Both the position numbers and the translations under genes were made by a program. The notes beneath the pieces were generated by a model. The model made no database searches and was not told the DNA's origin. It saw nothing but the letters and a program-made list of their open reading frames with translations. Of a stretch of DNA of 64,000 bases, positions 56,209 through 63,879 are shown piece by piece; positions within the stretch are counted from its first letter, which is position 1; each line of letters opens with the position of its first letter. The stretch lies in the IMG/VR virus record IMGVR_UViG_3300020046_006452, positions 21,296 to 85,295 of that record; one strand, 5' to 3'. This DNA is from a virus. Its lineage: Duplodnaviria > Heunggongvirae > Uroviricota > Caudoviricetes.

Positions 56209-56281
56209 GTACCCCCTGCAGGATTCGAACCTGCAGAATTTTGCTCCTAAGGCAAACGCGTATACCTTTCCGCCAAGGGGG
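56209..56281 (-). tRNA. class-I (short variable arm) tRNA with anticodon TAG (formally Leu-CUA)
   Basis: GCCCCCT-TG-GCGGAAAGGTATACGC-G-TTTGC/CTTAGGA/GCAAA-ATTCT-GCAGGTTCGAATCCTGC-AGGGGGT-A; perfect anticodon stem; G1-U72. Confidence 0.55.
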
Positions 56282-56289
56282 CATTACTC

Positions 56290-56428
56290 TCACTTCTCCT
56301 TGAGATCTATACCATACAACTTGACGATCAGATCATTGAACTCTTGCTGCACTATTGGACTCACAAAGCTATCACGCACTGCAACTAACAGCTGCTTAAC
56401 TTGTTGCTTGGTCCAGGTTGGTTGTTCC
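56290..56428 (-). CDS. small protein (about 46 aa)
   Basis: start set at MEQPTWTK because TATATTTG promoter box lies about 21 nt upstream; the longer listed ORF runs into the tRNA. Confidence 0.3.
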
Positions 56429-56464
56429 ATCTCGCTGCTGTTGGATGAATCAAATATACGCCAC

Positions 56465-56734
56465 TTACTCTGTACTCTGCAACTTTTTTCTAGCTGGAAG
56501 AAGGTGGTACTCATCGTACCATGCCGTATGGGGATCGAAGCTCTCAACCTCAAAGCACTCGTGCGCTGGATAGTGTACTCCATTAGTTGACACTATTGCT
56601 TTCTCCTTGTACTGTATCCCCCGTTCAACATCCACCTTTGTGTAGTCGTAGGTTCTCTCTACGATTAGTACTGCTGGTTGATTAGTTGTTGGTGAATACC
56701 GTATCATCACCATTCCCTTCTTGTAGTAAGCCAT
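56465..56734 (-). CDS. hypothetical protein
   Basis: 89 aa. Confidence 0.4.
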   Translation of the reverse strand: MAYYKKGMVMIRYSPTTNQPAVLIVERTYDYTKVDVERGIQYKEKAIVSTNGVHYPAHECFEVESFDPHTAWYDEYHLLPARKKLQSTE

Positions 56735-56746
56735 AACTTGTGAATT

Positions 56747-57157
56747 TTAGAACTCCATGTAAACCATTCGCCTAGAGATCAAGTCCAGCATTCCAGGAGT
56801 AGCATATGCGATCGTATTGAAATCGGCATCTACTAGTCGTACTGGCTTGATGTATAGGTTGAACACTATACAGCTTTCAAATGAAGTAAGCACCAACTTT
56901 TCATTGTGGACCACCTTATTGTTGACCTCAAAGCTGAAGATATATGTACCAGGATCCAATGAGATCATGGTCTTGTTGGTGAATGCCTTGGACTTGACCT
57001 TAAGGGTTAAGTCTGGCATCTGCTTCCAGATGAACACCTCACCTTGTGCTACCTCGGTAGGATGCTCTTTGATCACATTAACGAACACGGTGCTGAGTTG
57101 CGCTTTGCATGATAAGCTAAGCAATGCAACTAGTAACAGTAGTATCAGCTTTCTCAT
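56747..57157 (-). CDS. lipoprotein
   Basis: MRKLILLLLVALLSLSCKAQ signal peptide with lipobox. Confidence 0.4.
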   Translation of the reverse strand: MRKLILLLLVALLSLSCKAQLSTVFVNVIKEHPTEVAQGEVFIWKQMPDLTLKVKSKAFTNKTMISLDPGTYIFSFEVNNKVVHNEKLVLTSFESCIVFNLYIKPVRLVDADFNTIAYATPGMLDLISRRMVYMEF

Positions 57158-57175
57158 AGTGCTGATAAGTAGAAG

Positions 57176-57985
57176 TCAGCGTTGTTTGTTCGCGTATCTT
57201 TGATCCCATAACTTAATGCGATCCAGCAATTGATCTAGGGTGATTGCACTTACCGTGTTCTTGCTGTTGTTATCAGAGTGCTTCATCAGTTGGCAGTTTG
57301 CTGGATGACGAATGATCTCAGGGTCAATGCTCTTTGAAAATCCCTCTCTCACACTGTACAGGTGATCTCTACTAACACCACCTAAGTTGTTCCCTTTGTT
57401 GGTTGGACTATACCAACCAAGTTGGGTGACCAATGTCATGTCAAAGGCATCAGGAAACTTGGAGATATCAAAGTCAAACTCACAGGAGGGTCTATAGAAT
57501 TTGTAGTAGGTGATTCTACACACACTGCATAGTAATCTCTTTCCCTCAAGCTTCTTCCACTCCCCACAAGACTTACACAGTCTCTTTCCATCAACGCACT
57601 TCGTTTTGCGTAATGCAGATCGGCCATCAATCCATAGTGAGCTGTTGGGCCCTTTTCTACTATCAGGAACAGTGCGACCTATCAGTTTGGATCGAATCTT
57701 CTCCTTTGTCTGATCGCTGTGAACTCGTCCTATATTACTATGGGTAGTGGCACAGCTAGCTGAGCAGAACTTTCTAGGGTGTTTACGCCTAATGGAAACC
57801 TTAAAAGGTTCCTTACAGGTTGGGCATTCGCGTTGTGCGTAGTACTCAGTTTTTATTTTAAGCTTACACGTTCGGTTGTTTACCGACAATTTAGTAACTC
57901 CCAACAAAAGGGCAATCTCATTGCGTGACTTCCCTTGTTTGACGAGGTCTGCTAGCTTAGCATCCCCACTATCTGTCCATCTCAT
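57176..57985 (-). CDS. HTH + zinc-finger protein, probable HNH-type homing endonuclease
   Basis: 269 aa; N-terminal sigma-70 region-4-like HTH (NEIALLLGVTKLSV), several CxxC pairs, C-terminal DHLYSV...NCQLMKHSDNNSKN. Confidence 0.4.
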   Translation of the reverse strand: MRWTDSGDAKLADLVKQGKSRNEIALLLGVTKLSVNNRTCKLKIKTEYYAQRECPTCKEPFKVSIRRKHPRKFCSASCATTHSNIGRVHSDQTKEKIRSKLIGRTVPDSRKGPNSSLWIDGRSALRKTKCVDGKRLCKSCGEWKKLEGKRLLCSVCRITYYKFYRPSCEFDFDISKFPDAFDMTLVTQLGWYSPTNKGNNLGGVSRDHLYSVREGFSKSIDPEIIRHPANCQLMKHSDNNSKNTVSAITLDQLLDRIKLWDQRYANKQR

Positions 57986-58049
57986 GCTAATACATAGGAC
58001 TATAAGAGACCAAAGTGGTTTCTGAACCTATAGATGTCATTGAGAGTGG

Positions 58050-58124
58050 AGCGAGAATCCCACTCACCTATCCGGGGTTGCAATCCGGCGCCTAAGTACT
58101 CGGCCACCCACTCTCAATGATACC
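58050..58124 (-). tRNA. tRNA-like (candidate anticodon GCA, Cys) with non-canonical D-loop (no GG) and T-loop (GGATTCT)
   Basis: perfect 7-bp acceptor GAGAGTG/CACTCTC; anticodon arm CCGGA/TTGCAAC/CCCGG with A-C mismatch at 31:39; coordinates approximate. Confidence 0.3.
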
Positions 58125-58140
58125 TAAACCACTCGGACAA

Positions 58141-58215
58141 CTGACTATATGGCACACCCGCCCTGATTCGAACAGGGGACTCTAGTTTTGGAGACTAGCG
58201 CTTTTCCAGCTAAAC
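58141..58215 (-). tRNA. tRNA-Trp(CCA): tRNA-Trp (anticodon CCA), CCA encoded
   Basis: GCATCTG-TA-GTTTAGCTGGAAAAGC-G-CTAGT/CTCCAAA/ACTAG-AGTC-CCCTGTTCGAATCAGGG-CGGGTGT-G-CCA (three G-U pairs in acceptor). Confidence 0.55.
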
Positions 58216-58237
58216 TACAGATGCGTATACTACTAAT

Positions 58238-58364
58238 TCAAGATAGGGGGGCAAGGTTGGATTTGAACCAACGCGCCTACATTACAATCGACTGCAGTGT
58301 AAACATTGCCCTAGCTGTGTCGATCAGCCTCAGGCCCAGTTAAGCCTCTCCTGCACTTGCCCCC
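58238..58364 (-). ncRNA. about 120-nt tRNA-like RNA: 9-bp terminal stem GGGGGCAAG/CTTGCCCCC, canonical T-arm GTTGGTTCAAATCCAAC, internal arm with anticodon-like loop ATCGACA (CGA, Ser)
   Basis: manual fold; too long for a standard type-II tRNA; contains a CCTGAGGCTGATC palindrome-like segment. Confidence 0.3.
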
Positions 58365-58379
58365 TTCTTCTCTCGAATA

Positions 58380-58673
58380 TCAAAACAAGAACTCAACTCC
58401 GGAGTTACCCCATTGTGAGCTCCACTCTTTCTTTCGCAGCGAACGCTTGTACATCCACTGCTTTTTGTTCTTAGAGACAAGCTTCCAGGAAGGGTAGTTG
58501 ATGTAGGTCCTACCATTGTATTGGTTGACGATACCATACCACTTCTTGCCCTTTGCATTGTCTCGTTCGTGCCAGCCACAGTAAGAACACCTAGCGTGTA
58601 TCTCCTTATGCAGTTTGTTGAACACTGATCGGTTAGTGGTCTGGTCATAGTACGTCTTCTTCTTATTGTACAT
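58380..58673 (-). CDS. hypothetical Cys/His-containing protein
   Basis: 97 aa; HARCSYCGWHE. Confidence 0.3.
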   Translation of the reverse strand: MYNKKKTYYDQTTNRSVFNKLHKEIHARCSYCGWHERDNAKGKKWYGIVNQYNGRTYINYPSWKLVSKNKKQWMYKRSLRKKEWSSQWGNSGVEFLF

Positions 58674-58752
58674 TGTTGGTTTGATTTAGGGAATTTACCT
58701 AAATCGTGCCATGCTGTTTTTGATCATCGTGTGTTGTGTTGTTAGTGTATAG

Positions 58753-58827
58753 TAGCCAAGGTGAGAGTCGAACTCACAGAACTCCTGAGTTTGAATCAGG
58801 CGACTTTACCAGTTTGCCCACTTGGCC
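58753..58827 (-). tRNA. class-I tRNA with anticodon CAA (formally Leu-UUG)
   Basis: GGCCAAG-TG-GGCAAACTGGTAAAGTC-G-CCTGA/TTCAAAC/TCAGG-AGTTCT-GTGAGTTCGACTCTCAC-CTTGGCT-A. Confidence 0.5.
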
Positions 58828-58833
58828 TTATCG

Positions 58834-58904
58834 TACTCCCACTGAGAATCGAACTCAGATCTTCACTTTAAAAGAGTGTAGCTCTACCACTGAGCTATAG
58901 GAGT
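58834..58904 (-). tRNA. tRNA-Lys(TTT): tRNA-Lys (anticodon TTT)
   Basis: ACTCCTA-TA-GCTCAGTGGTAGAGC-T-ACACT/CTTTTAA/AGTGA-AGAT-CTGAGTTCGATTCTCAG-TGGGAGT-A. Confidence 0.6.
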
Positions 58905-59166
58905 AAAAGTGACACCCTATTTTACTCAGCTACAGGTGTCGTGGCTGTCCTCCTCGAAGCAATGGTCACGTTGTACGCCCACACCGGCAAGGAGTTAGAG
59001 ATAAGACCTTAAGGCTCGTTCTAGTCGCCTCTTCCCAACATCAGGCTGTGTCTGGCCTACCACTGAGGATTGCAGCCCTCTTCCGACATGGTTATCGGCC
59101 CCTGCAGTAGTCACTCTGCTTCCTCGCTTGGGGGCAAGCTATCTGGGAACAACCCCAGAGCGTTTG

Positions 59167-59358
59167 TTAGTCCTCATCAACATACTCGATATCATCCTTA
59201 AGAATACCATCGGCAATTAAACAAAGCAGATCTAGACCTTCAAGTTGGCCATCATCACTTTGCATGATTGATTCACCAGGTCCATGCTCACTGTAGTACT
59301 TTGTGAGTGCTTCAATTGCTTGAGCCTTCTTGCGCTCAGTCCATTTGATGTTGTACAT
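59167..59358 (-). CDS. hypothetical acidic protein
   Basis: 63 aa. Confidence 0.3.
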   Translation of the reverse strand: MYNIKWTERKKAQAIEALTKYYSEHGPGESIMQSDDGQLEGLDLLCLIADGILKDDIEYVDED

Positions 59359-59624
59359 TACAGTTTGATTATTGTGATAGTTCCATCATCCCAGGCTCTG
59401 AAGCAAGGACCATCTCCCAGCTGCACTTCATACCAGACATACCCACCTTCAGTTTCAATCACCAACTTGACTATGTTCACGTCTGTTGCATTCAGTGCTC
59501 TGAGCTGACTTTCTATTGCCTCACGTGCTTTGGAGTGTTGTATGTACTCCAGTGTGATTCTATTACTCCATGCCATACTGTATTGTGTTGTTTGTGGTAC
59601 CTCCTGAAAGACTCGAACTTTCAA
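59358..59624 (-). CDS. hypothetical protein
   Basis: 88 aa. Confidence 0.35.
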   Translation of the reverse strand: MKVRVFQEVPQTTQYSMAWSNRITLEYIQHSKAREAIESQLRALNATDVNIVKLVIETEGGYVWYEVQLGDGPCFRAWDDGTITIIKL

Positions 59625-59671
59625 CCCCTACGTTCGAAGCGTAGTACTCTATCCAATTGAGCTAAGGAGGC
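59595..59671 (-). tRNA. tRNA-Arg(TCG): tRNA-Arg (anticodon TCG), CCA encoded
   Basis: GCCTCCT-TA-GCTCAATTGGATAGAGT-A-CTACG/CTTCGAA/CGTAG-GGGT-TGAAAGTTCGAGTCTTTCA-GGAGGT-A-CCA; overlaps the 3' end of the 59358..59624 ORF, whose stop I did not check. Confidence 0.65.
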
Positions 59672-59677
59672 ATACTA

Positions 59678-59923
59678 TTACATCCGCTCTATCTCTTCCT
59701 TGGTCTTCTTCTGCACCACCATTAGATCGTATATCTTAGCGTGGTAGTCCTTAAGCAGTTGCATGCTGTGTATGGACCAATCATCTGGTGGTATTGTGTA
59801 GTCAGGAAAGTAAGTGAACCTGATCATACCATTTTGGTTTGGTCCAGATCCTAGGATCCTACCATCATCATCCATATGGCACTCAAAGTTACCATCACCT
59901 ATGTGTTTTATTGTGCACTCCAT
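59678..59923 (-). CDS. hypothetical protein
   Basis: 81 aa. Confidence 0.35.
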   Translation of the reverse strand: MECTIKHIGDGNFECHMDDDGRILGSGPNQNGMIRFTYFPDYTIPPDDWSIHSMQLLKDYHAKIYDLMVVQKKTKEEIERM

Positions 59924-60232
59924 TGCAAAGGCTTAATCGACAGCACTACCTTGGTGGGTATTGCTACTACATATCCAACTACTTGTTCAGTACTATCCTT
60001 CTGGTTGGTGAAGTAACTATCAGTTAGGACTAGCTGATTAGAGTCCTGTTTGAGTACAAAGCCAATTTGCTGTACTGTGTCGGTGTTCCACTCTAGAGCT
60101 TCTTGCAAAGGTCGCCAAGCACCATCACTCGCTACAATATCAACCCAGGTCACTAGCACCGGCTGAGGATTGAACTGTGCTTGTGCTCCCTTTAGTACGA
60201 GGACAAGCAGGGCTGTAGCGATTTGCTTCATC
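59908..60232 (-). CDS. secreted protein
   Basis: start set at MKQIATALLVLVLKGAQA (signal peptide) with TATATTTC box just upstream. Confidence 0.35.
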
Positions 60233-60262
60233 GCTGAAATATACGCCCTTCCTAGTGTACTA

Positions 60263-60436
60263 TCCAAATAACATTGGCCGTTGGGGCACAATATCATAGA
60301 AGTACCATTCAGCAAACTGCTTATTGACCACCTCGGTGATCTGTTCCTTTGTTAGATCGCGATGAACATATATGGTCTGATTCTCTGAGTAGTCTTCTGT
60401 GAGGTAGACTACGACCTCCTTCTCGTTGTTTGGCAT
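60263..60436 (-). CDS. small protein (about 57 aa; below the ORF-track cutoff)
   Basis: MPNNEKEVVVYLTEDYSENQTIYVHRDLTKEQITEVVNKQFAEWYFYDIVPQRPMLFG. Confidence 0.3.
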
Positions 60437-60451
60437 GTCCTATTTGTTTAG

Positions 60452-60525
60452 TACTCCCTAAAAGATTCGAACTTTTAGCCTCAACATTCGTAGTGTTGTG
60501 CTCTATCCAATTGAGCTAAGGGAGT
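60452..60525 (-). tRNA. tRNA-Arg(ACG): tRNA-Arg (anticodon ACG)
   Basis: ACTCCCT-TA-GCTCAATTGGATAGAGC-A-CAACA/CTACGAA/TGTTG-AGGC-TAAAAGTTCGAATCTTTTA-GGGAGT-A. Confidence 0.7.
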
Positions 60526-60741
60526 GTGTTTAATGTGTTCGTGGGGCGACTTCATGGCTTCAGAAGTAGAGTCAGTCCGGCAGAATGCCGCGTTTTTGAC
60601 CTTGCTTCGCTATCCTGGCATCGTGGAGTTAGAGTCCACTACTCCCGCGCATTGCACCATGTTTGCATCCCTTGGACCATTGCCGGATTGCTCCGTCGGA
60701 AGGGTAGCCGCACCCACGAACACATCAATTTTAACCTCAAG

Positions 60742-60815
60742 GGTATGTGATGGGGGTCGAACCCACGATAACTAGCTCCACAAACTAGCGCGTTAACCAC
60801 TTCGCCACACATACC
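60742..60815 (-). tRNA. tRNA-His(GTG): tRNA-His (anticodon GTG) with encoded G-1
   Basis: G-GTATGTG-TG-GCGAAGTGGTTAACGC-G-CTAGT/TTGTGGA/GCTAG-TTATC-GTGGGTTCGACCCCCAT-CACATAC-C; G-1:C73 is the His hallmark. Confidence 0.65.
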
Positions 60816-60836
60816 ATGTACTCTTCTTTTGTGATC

Positions 60837-60908
60837 TCGGCAGGAGTCGAACCTGCATCTACTGTTTAGGAAACGGTGGTTCTCTCCATTGAACTACGAG
60901 ACCAATTG
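60837..60908 (-). tRNA. tRNA-Arg(CCT): tRNA, probable Arg (anticodon CCT); anticodon stem has a C-A mismatch
   Basis: GGTCTCG-TA-GTTCAATGGAGAGAAC-C-ACCGT/TTCCTAA/ACAGT-AGAT-GCAGGTTCGACTCCTGC-CGAGATC-A. Confidence 0.45.
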
Positions 60909-60913
60909 TTGCG

Positions 60914-60985
60914 CAGCCAGGAGTTGAACCTGGATCTCTGGGTTATGAGCCGAGCGTGCTACCATTTACACCACCGCACAATGTA
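60914..60985 (-). tRNA. tRNA-Met(CAT): tRNA-Met (anticodon CAT)
   Basis: TGTGCGG-TG-GTGTAAATGGTAGCAC-G-CTCGG/CTCATAA/CCCAG-AGAT-CCAGGTTCAACTCCTGG-CTGCGCA-A. Confidence 0.55.
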
Positions 60986-61086
60986 CTTTCTATTATTTGA
61001 GTAATTAACCCCACCACACTAGTTGCTTGCACACGACCTCTATTTCAACAGCGGTCCACTAGCTTTACGTGATCATCCTGTCTACC

Positions 61087-61410
61087 TCAGGTGAGGTCAA
61101 TTACCTTAACTGCCTTCTTCTTTACCCAGTCTGGACCCAATTGCTCAGTACCGAACCTACCATCCATCTCTCGAAGGACATACAAGGTAGTGTTGAGCTG
61201 CTTGGCAATTGACTTCAAGTGCCCCATGTCATTAGTCAAGTCTAGGTCTCCGTACCATACTTTGCCTTGGCCTTGTGTGAAGATGTTGGCGTTGAAGTGC
61301 ACCTCGTTGTTGGGGTGTGCTTGTGTGTAAAAGGTCTTACTACCTCCAATCATACGACCCATGATAAGGCCTTGTGTGTCGAATGCTGCTGAGATTTTCG
61401 TTAGTGTCAT
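61087..61410 (-). CDS. hypothetical protein
   Basis: 107 aa; TATATTTGAC box abuts ATG. Confidence 0.4.
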   Translation of the reverse strand: MTLTKISAAFDTQGLIMGRMIGGSKTFYTQAHPNNEVHFNANIFTQGQGKVWYGDLDLTNDMGHLKSIAKQLNTTLYVLREMDGRFGTEQLGPDWVKKKAVKVIDLT

Positions 61411-61463
61411 CGTGTGTCAAATATAACCCCTACTTTGGGGACTTTGCAACTTTACTTGTTAAG

Positions 61464-61542
61464 TACCCCCGACAGGACTCGAACCTGTACTCCTAAGAAC
61501 CTGGTCTTAAATCAGGCGCGGCTACCGTTTCGCCACGGGGGC
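61464..61542 (-). tRNA. tRNA-Leu(TAA): tRNA-Leu (anticodon TAA), class II with about 12-nt variable arm
   Basis: GCCCCCG-TG-GCGAAACGGTAGCCGC-G-CCTGA/TTTAAGA/CCAGG-TTCTTAGGAGTA-CAGGTTCGAGTCCTG-TCGGGGGT-A. Confidence 0.55.
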
Positions 61543-61555
61543 ATTTGTATCTAAG

Positions 61556-61628
61556 TCCTCTCGGCTGGAATCGAACCAACGGCCGCCACAGTATCGGTGT
61601 GGAACTCTAACCACTGAGTTACGAGAGG
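61556..61628 (-). tRNA. tRNA-Ile(GAT): tRNA-Ile (anticodon GAT); C at position 33
   Basis: CCTCTCG-TA-ACTCAGTGGTTAGAGT-T-CCACA/CCGATAC/TGTGG-CGGCC-GTTGGTTCGATTCCAGC-CGAGAGG-A; its 5' 10 nt overlap the stop of the upstream HNH gene. Confidence 0.5.
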
Positions 61629-62242
61629 TGTTTTTGCTTTTCTTGGTATACTGCTTCCTCCTCTTCTCCGTGGCAGTTAGCACAGAGTAGTATGCACTTA
61701 TCAACCTCGGCTTTCATCTTTTCGTAGCTGCATGTACCATATGATAGATCAAAGTCCTTTGTGTTTCGATCGATGTGATGGAACTGTAGGGATCTTATGC
61801 ACCGATCGTATCCGCACGACTGACACTTTCCACCCTTATAATCAACGAGGGTCTTCTTCAACCACCTTCGTCTCTTTTGTGTGTACTCACCTCCTTTCTT
61901 CTTTCTTGTTGGTTCATCCATCTTAGATCGTACACGCTGATTTATGTAGCCAGCTAGTGTTGATCGACACCAACCAAATCTCTTGCATACATCACGTAGT
62001 GGGACACCAGTGTCGTAAAAAAGCTGCATCTCGGTTATTTGCTCCTTTGTTGGAGCACCTTTGTACAGAGGTGATTGTATGCCAGCCTTCTTGCAGTGAT
62101 AGGAGATCAAAGACATCGTACATCCCACCTCTCTCTTTATTGCAGGAAAGCTTAGTCCCTGCTGTCTTAACTTTATTATAGTGGCCTTGAACTGATTACC
62201 CATATCACACTCTATTTGAGTATAAATAGGGACAGGGTTCAA
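61619..62242 (-). CDS. HNH homing endonuclease with N-terminal HTH
   Basis: SLQFHHIDRNTKDFDLSYGTCSYEKMKAEVDKCILLCANCH; stop codon TAA is tRNA positions 8-10 of the adjacent tRNA; CTATTTATA motif upstream. Confidence 0.65.
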   Translation of the reverse strand: MNPVPIYTQIECDMGNQFKATIIKLRQQGLSFPAIKREVGCTMSLISYHCKKAGIQSPLYKGAPTKEQITEMQLFYDTGVPLRDVCKRFGWCRSTLAGYINQRVRSKMDEPTRKKKGGEYTQKRRRWLKKTLVDYKGGKCQSCGYDRCIRSLQFHHIDRNTKDFDLSYGTCSYEKMKAEVDKCILLCANCHGEEEEAVYQEKQKHLS

Positions 62243-62404
62243 GAACCACCCAAAGTGTGGTCATTTTCCCCGTTGGTTCCCTTGATCAGAGGGAGGAGTG
62301 GGTAGAAACAACCAAAACATCATCTCCAGTTGGTGGGCGAGCCGGCATAGCAAGGCTACCACCTCCCTAACGGAGGGGGCTCTTACTAAAGCTTCGCCCA
62401 TGTG

Positions 62405-62481
62405 CGGTCCGTATGGGATTTGAACCCATGCAATCTCCTCAGTGACAGTGAGGCGTCCACTCCAGGCTGGACCGACGGACC
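62405..62481 (-). tRNA. tRNA-Asp(GTC): tRNA-Asp (anticodon GTC)
   Basis: GGTCCGT-CG-GTCCAGCCTGGAGTGGAC-G-CCTCA/CTGTCAC/TGAGG-AGATTGC-ATGGGTTCAAATCCCAT-ACGGACC-G. Confidence 0.65.
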
Positions 62482-62852
62482 AAATATAGTATCATTATCG
62501 GTTGAGATTACACCGTTTCTAACAGACCCTTCGTACCTACATTCCACTGAGGTGCGACCCTCTAGGTTTAGTACTTATCCACTGACTCTTTCGGGTCAGT
62601 CGCCTGCCATCGCTGCCTTTGATTATCCTGAGGGGCATTGCTCAGTATCACAGTAACTTTACTCGACCTTTTGTCTCGTCCTCTGCTTTGCGGGCATTCA
62701 ACTACGCTTCAAACGCTTGTCTAAGGATCTGCCTACTCGATCAAATCTCTCGGCCTTGCGAGCTTTGAGACTCCTGTTCATCCGTAGATGCAGGAATTAA
62801 GCGACTTTTCGTCACTGTGTGTCCCCGGTCTTTGCTTTTAATCATGTTTTAT

Positions 62853-62920
62853 AGCGATGGAATCGAACCACCAACCTATTCCTTAGAAGGGAATCGCTCT
62901 ACCAATTGAGCTAACTTTGT
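62853..62920 (-). tRNA. tRNA-like with D-arm GCTCAATTGGTAGAGC, anticodon arm ATTCC/CTTCTAA/GGAAT (TCT) and T-arm GGTGGTTCGATTCCATC but no pairing acceptor stem found
   Basis: manual fold; acceptor 5' ACAAAGT has no complement 3' of the T-arm; degenerate tRNA or mis-resolved ends. Confidence 0.3.
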
Positions 62921-63806
62921 TGATTGTCTATGTTGAAATGTGCCAGGGACTAGCTGCTCTACTTCCTTTTAGGAAGCAAAATACAACACACTTCTATGCG
63001 TTTCGGCTTGCGGCCTACTGTGCTGATATTGACCAACCCTTTCGGATCAGCTTGTTCAGGTCTACCGAGGTAAGTTTAACCCTACCCTTTATACCCTCAT
63101 TCTGAAGCTTAGCGTTTGACTTGCGGTCTCACACAGAACTCCTGCACCTTATTCATCTCCAGACTGCGTAGATTGGTTGCGTGGTGGTAGGGATGTCCCC
63201 ACCTCAATTAGTACTCACCGATCGGCTCTGTACGTATCCTTACCAAAGGACCATCACTATCTACTTCTGTCTTTCACTCCACTTGGTGGTGAAGTCTAGC
63301 ATTGGTTGCTAGGGAACAGTGCTTGCTTGAATTGACCATATTGCTATGGTGGGTCGCCTTAGACTAGCTTCCCCTTTACAGCCTTGCGACTGCTTATCTT
63401 TCTTCGTGGCTCCTCCTTCCCCGCAGCACTACCCGAAGGTAGGTCCGCAGTACTCAGACTTGCCACAACCGCCTCAAGCAGCGGTAATCTCTTTAAGATC
63501 AATGTGTGTATGGTTTATTACCCGGACCTTGGCCTACTTGCTAGAGGACTTCACCCCTACCCACCATTCCTGCTATCTGAGAGTTTTGCTTTCGCATATC
63601 AGACTCGCATCCAAGGCTCTGTACTACTAACATTACTGCTAGTAGAGCTTTACCGTTTAGGTACTCCTAAATCTAGTGGAGGAGACCACTTACACACACT
63701 ATGTCTTGCTTTTCAAAGAACGTTGATTGCTTTTGCAATCGCTTGACTTTCACAATATACGCCAACCATTTGGTCTTTGCAACTGTTAAGCCAAACTTTC
63801 TTTTTG

Positions 63807-63879
63807 CTGCTCCACTAGGAATCGAACCTAGATAAGTTGGTTAACAGCCAACCGTAATAAGCCTTTATACGATGGAGCA
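63807..63879 (-). tRNA. tRNA-Asn(GTT): tRNA-Asn (anticodon GTT)
   Basis: TGCTCCA-TC-GTATAAAGGCTTATTAC-G-GTTGG/CTGTTAA/CCAAC-TTAT-CTAGGTTCGATTCCTAG-TGGAGCA-G. Confidence 0.65.

Noticed and set aside
56075-56590. ORFs 56075..56293 (-) and 56207..56590 (+)
   Set aside because: They overlap two well-folding tRNAs.
60524-60775. Plus-strand ORFs 60524..60775 and 60526..60750
   Set aside because: They overlap tRNA-His and a spacer; no start-context support.
60837-60908. Amber-suppressor reading (anticodon CTA) of this tRNA
   Set aside because: That register gives no paired anticodon stem. The ACCGT/TTCCTAA/ACAGT register (anticodon CCT) pairs 4 of 5.
313-62242. T4-type late promoters TATAAATA upstream of structural genes
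   Set aside because: The coding-strand motif seen is CTATTTATA (two instances), not TATAAATA. It is reported as a candidate, not called as a promoter.
62402-62656. Plus-strand ORF over tRNA-Asp
   Set aside because: It covers a canonical tRNA on the opposite strand.
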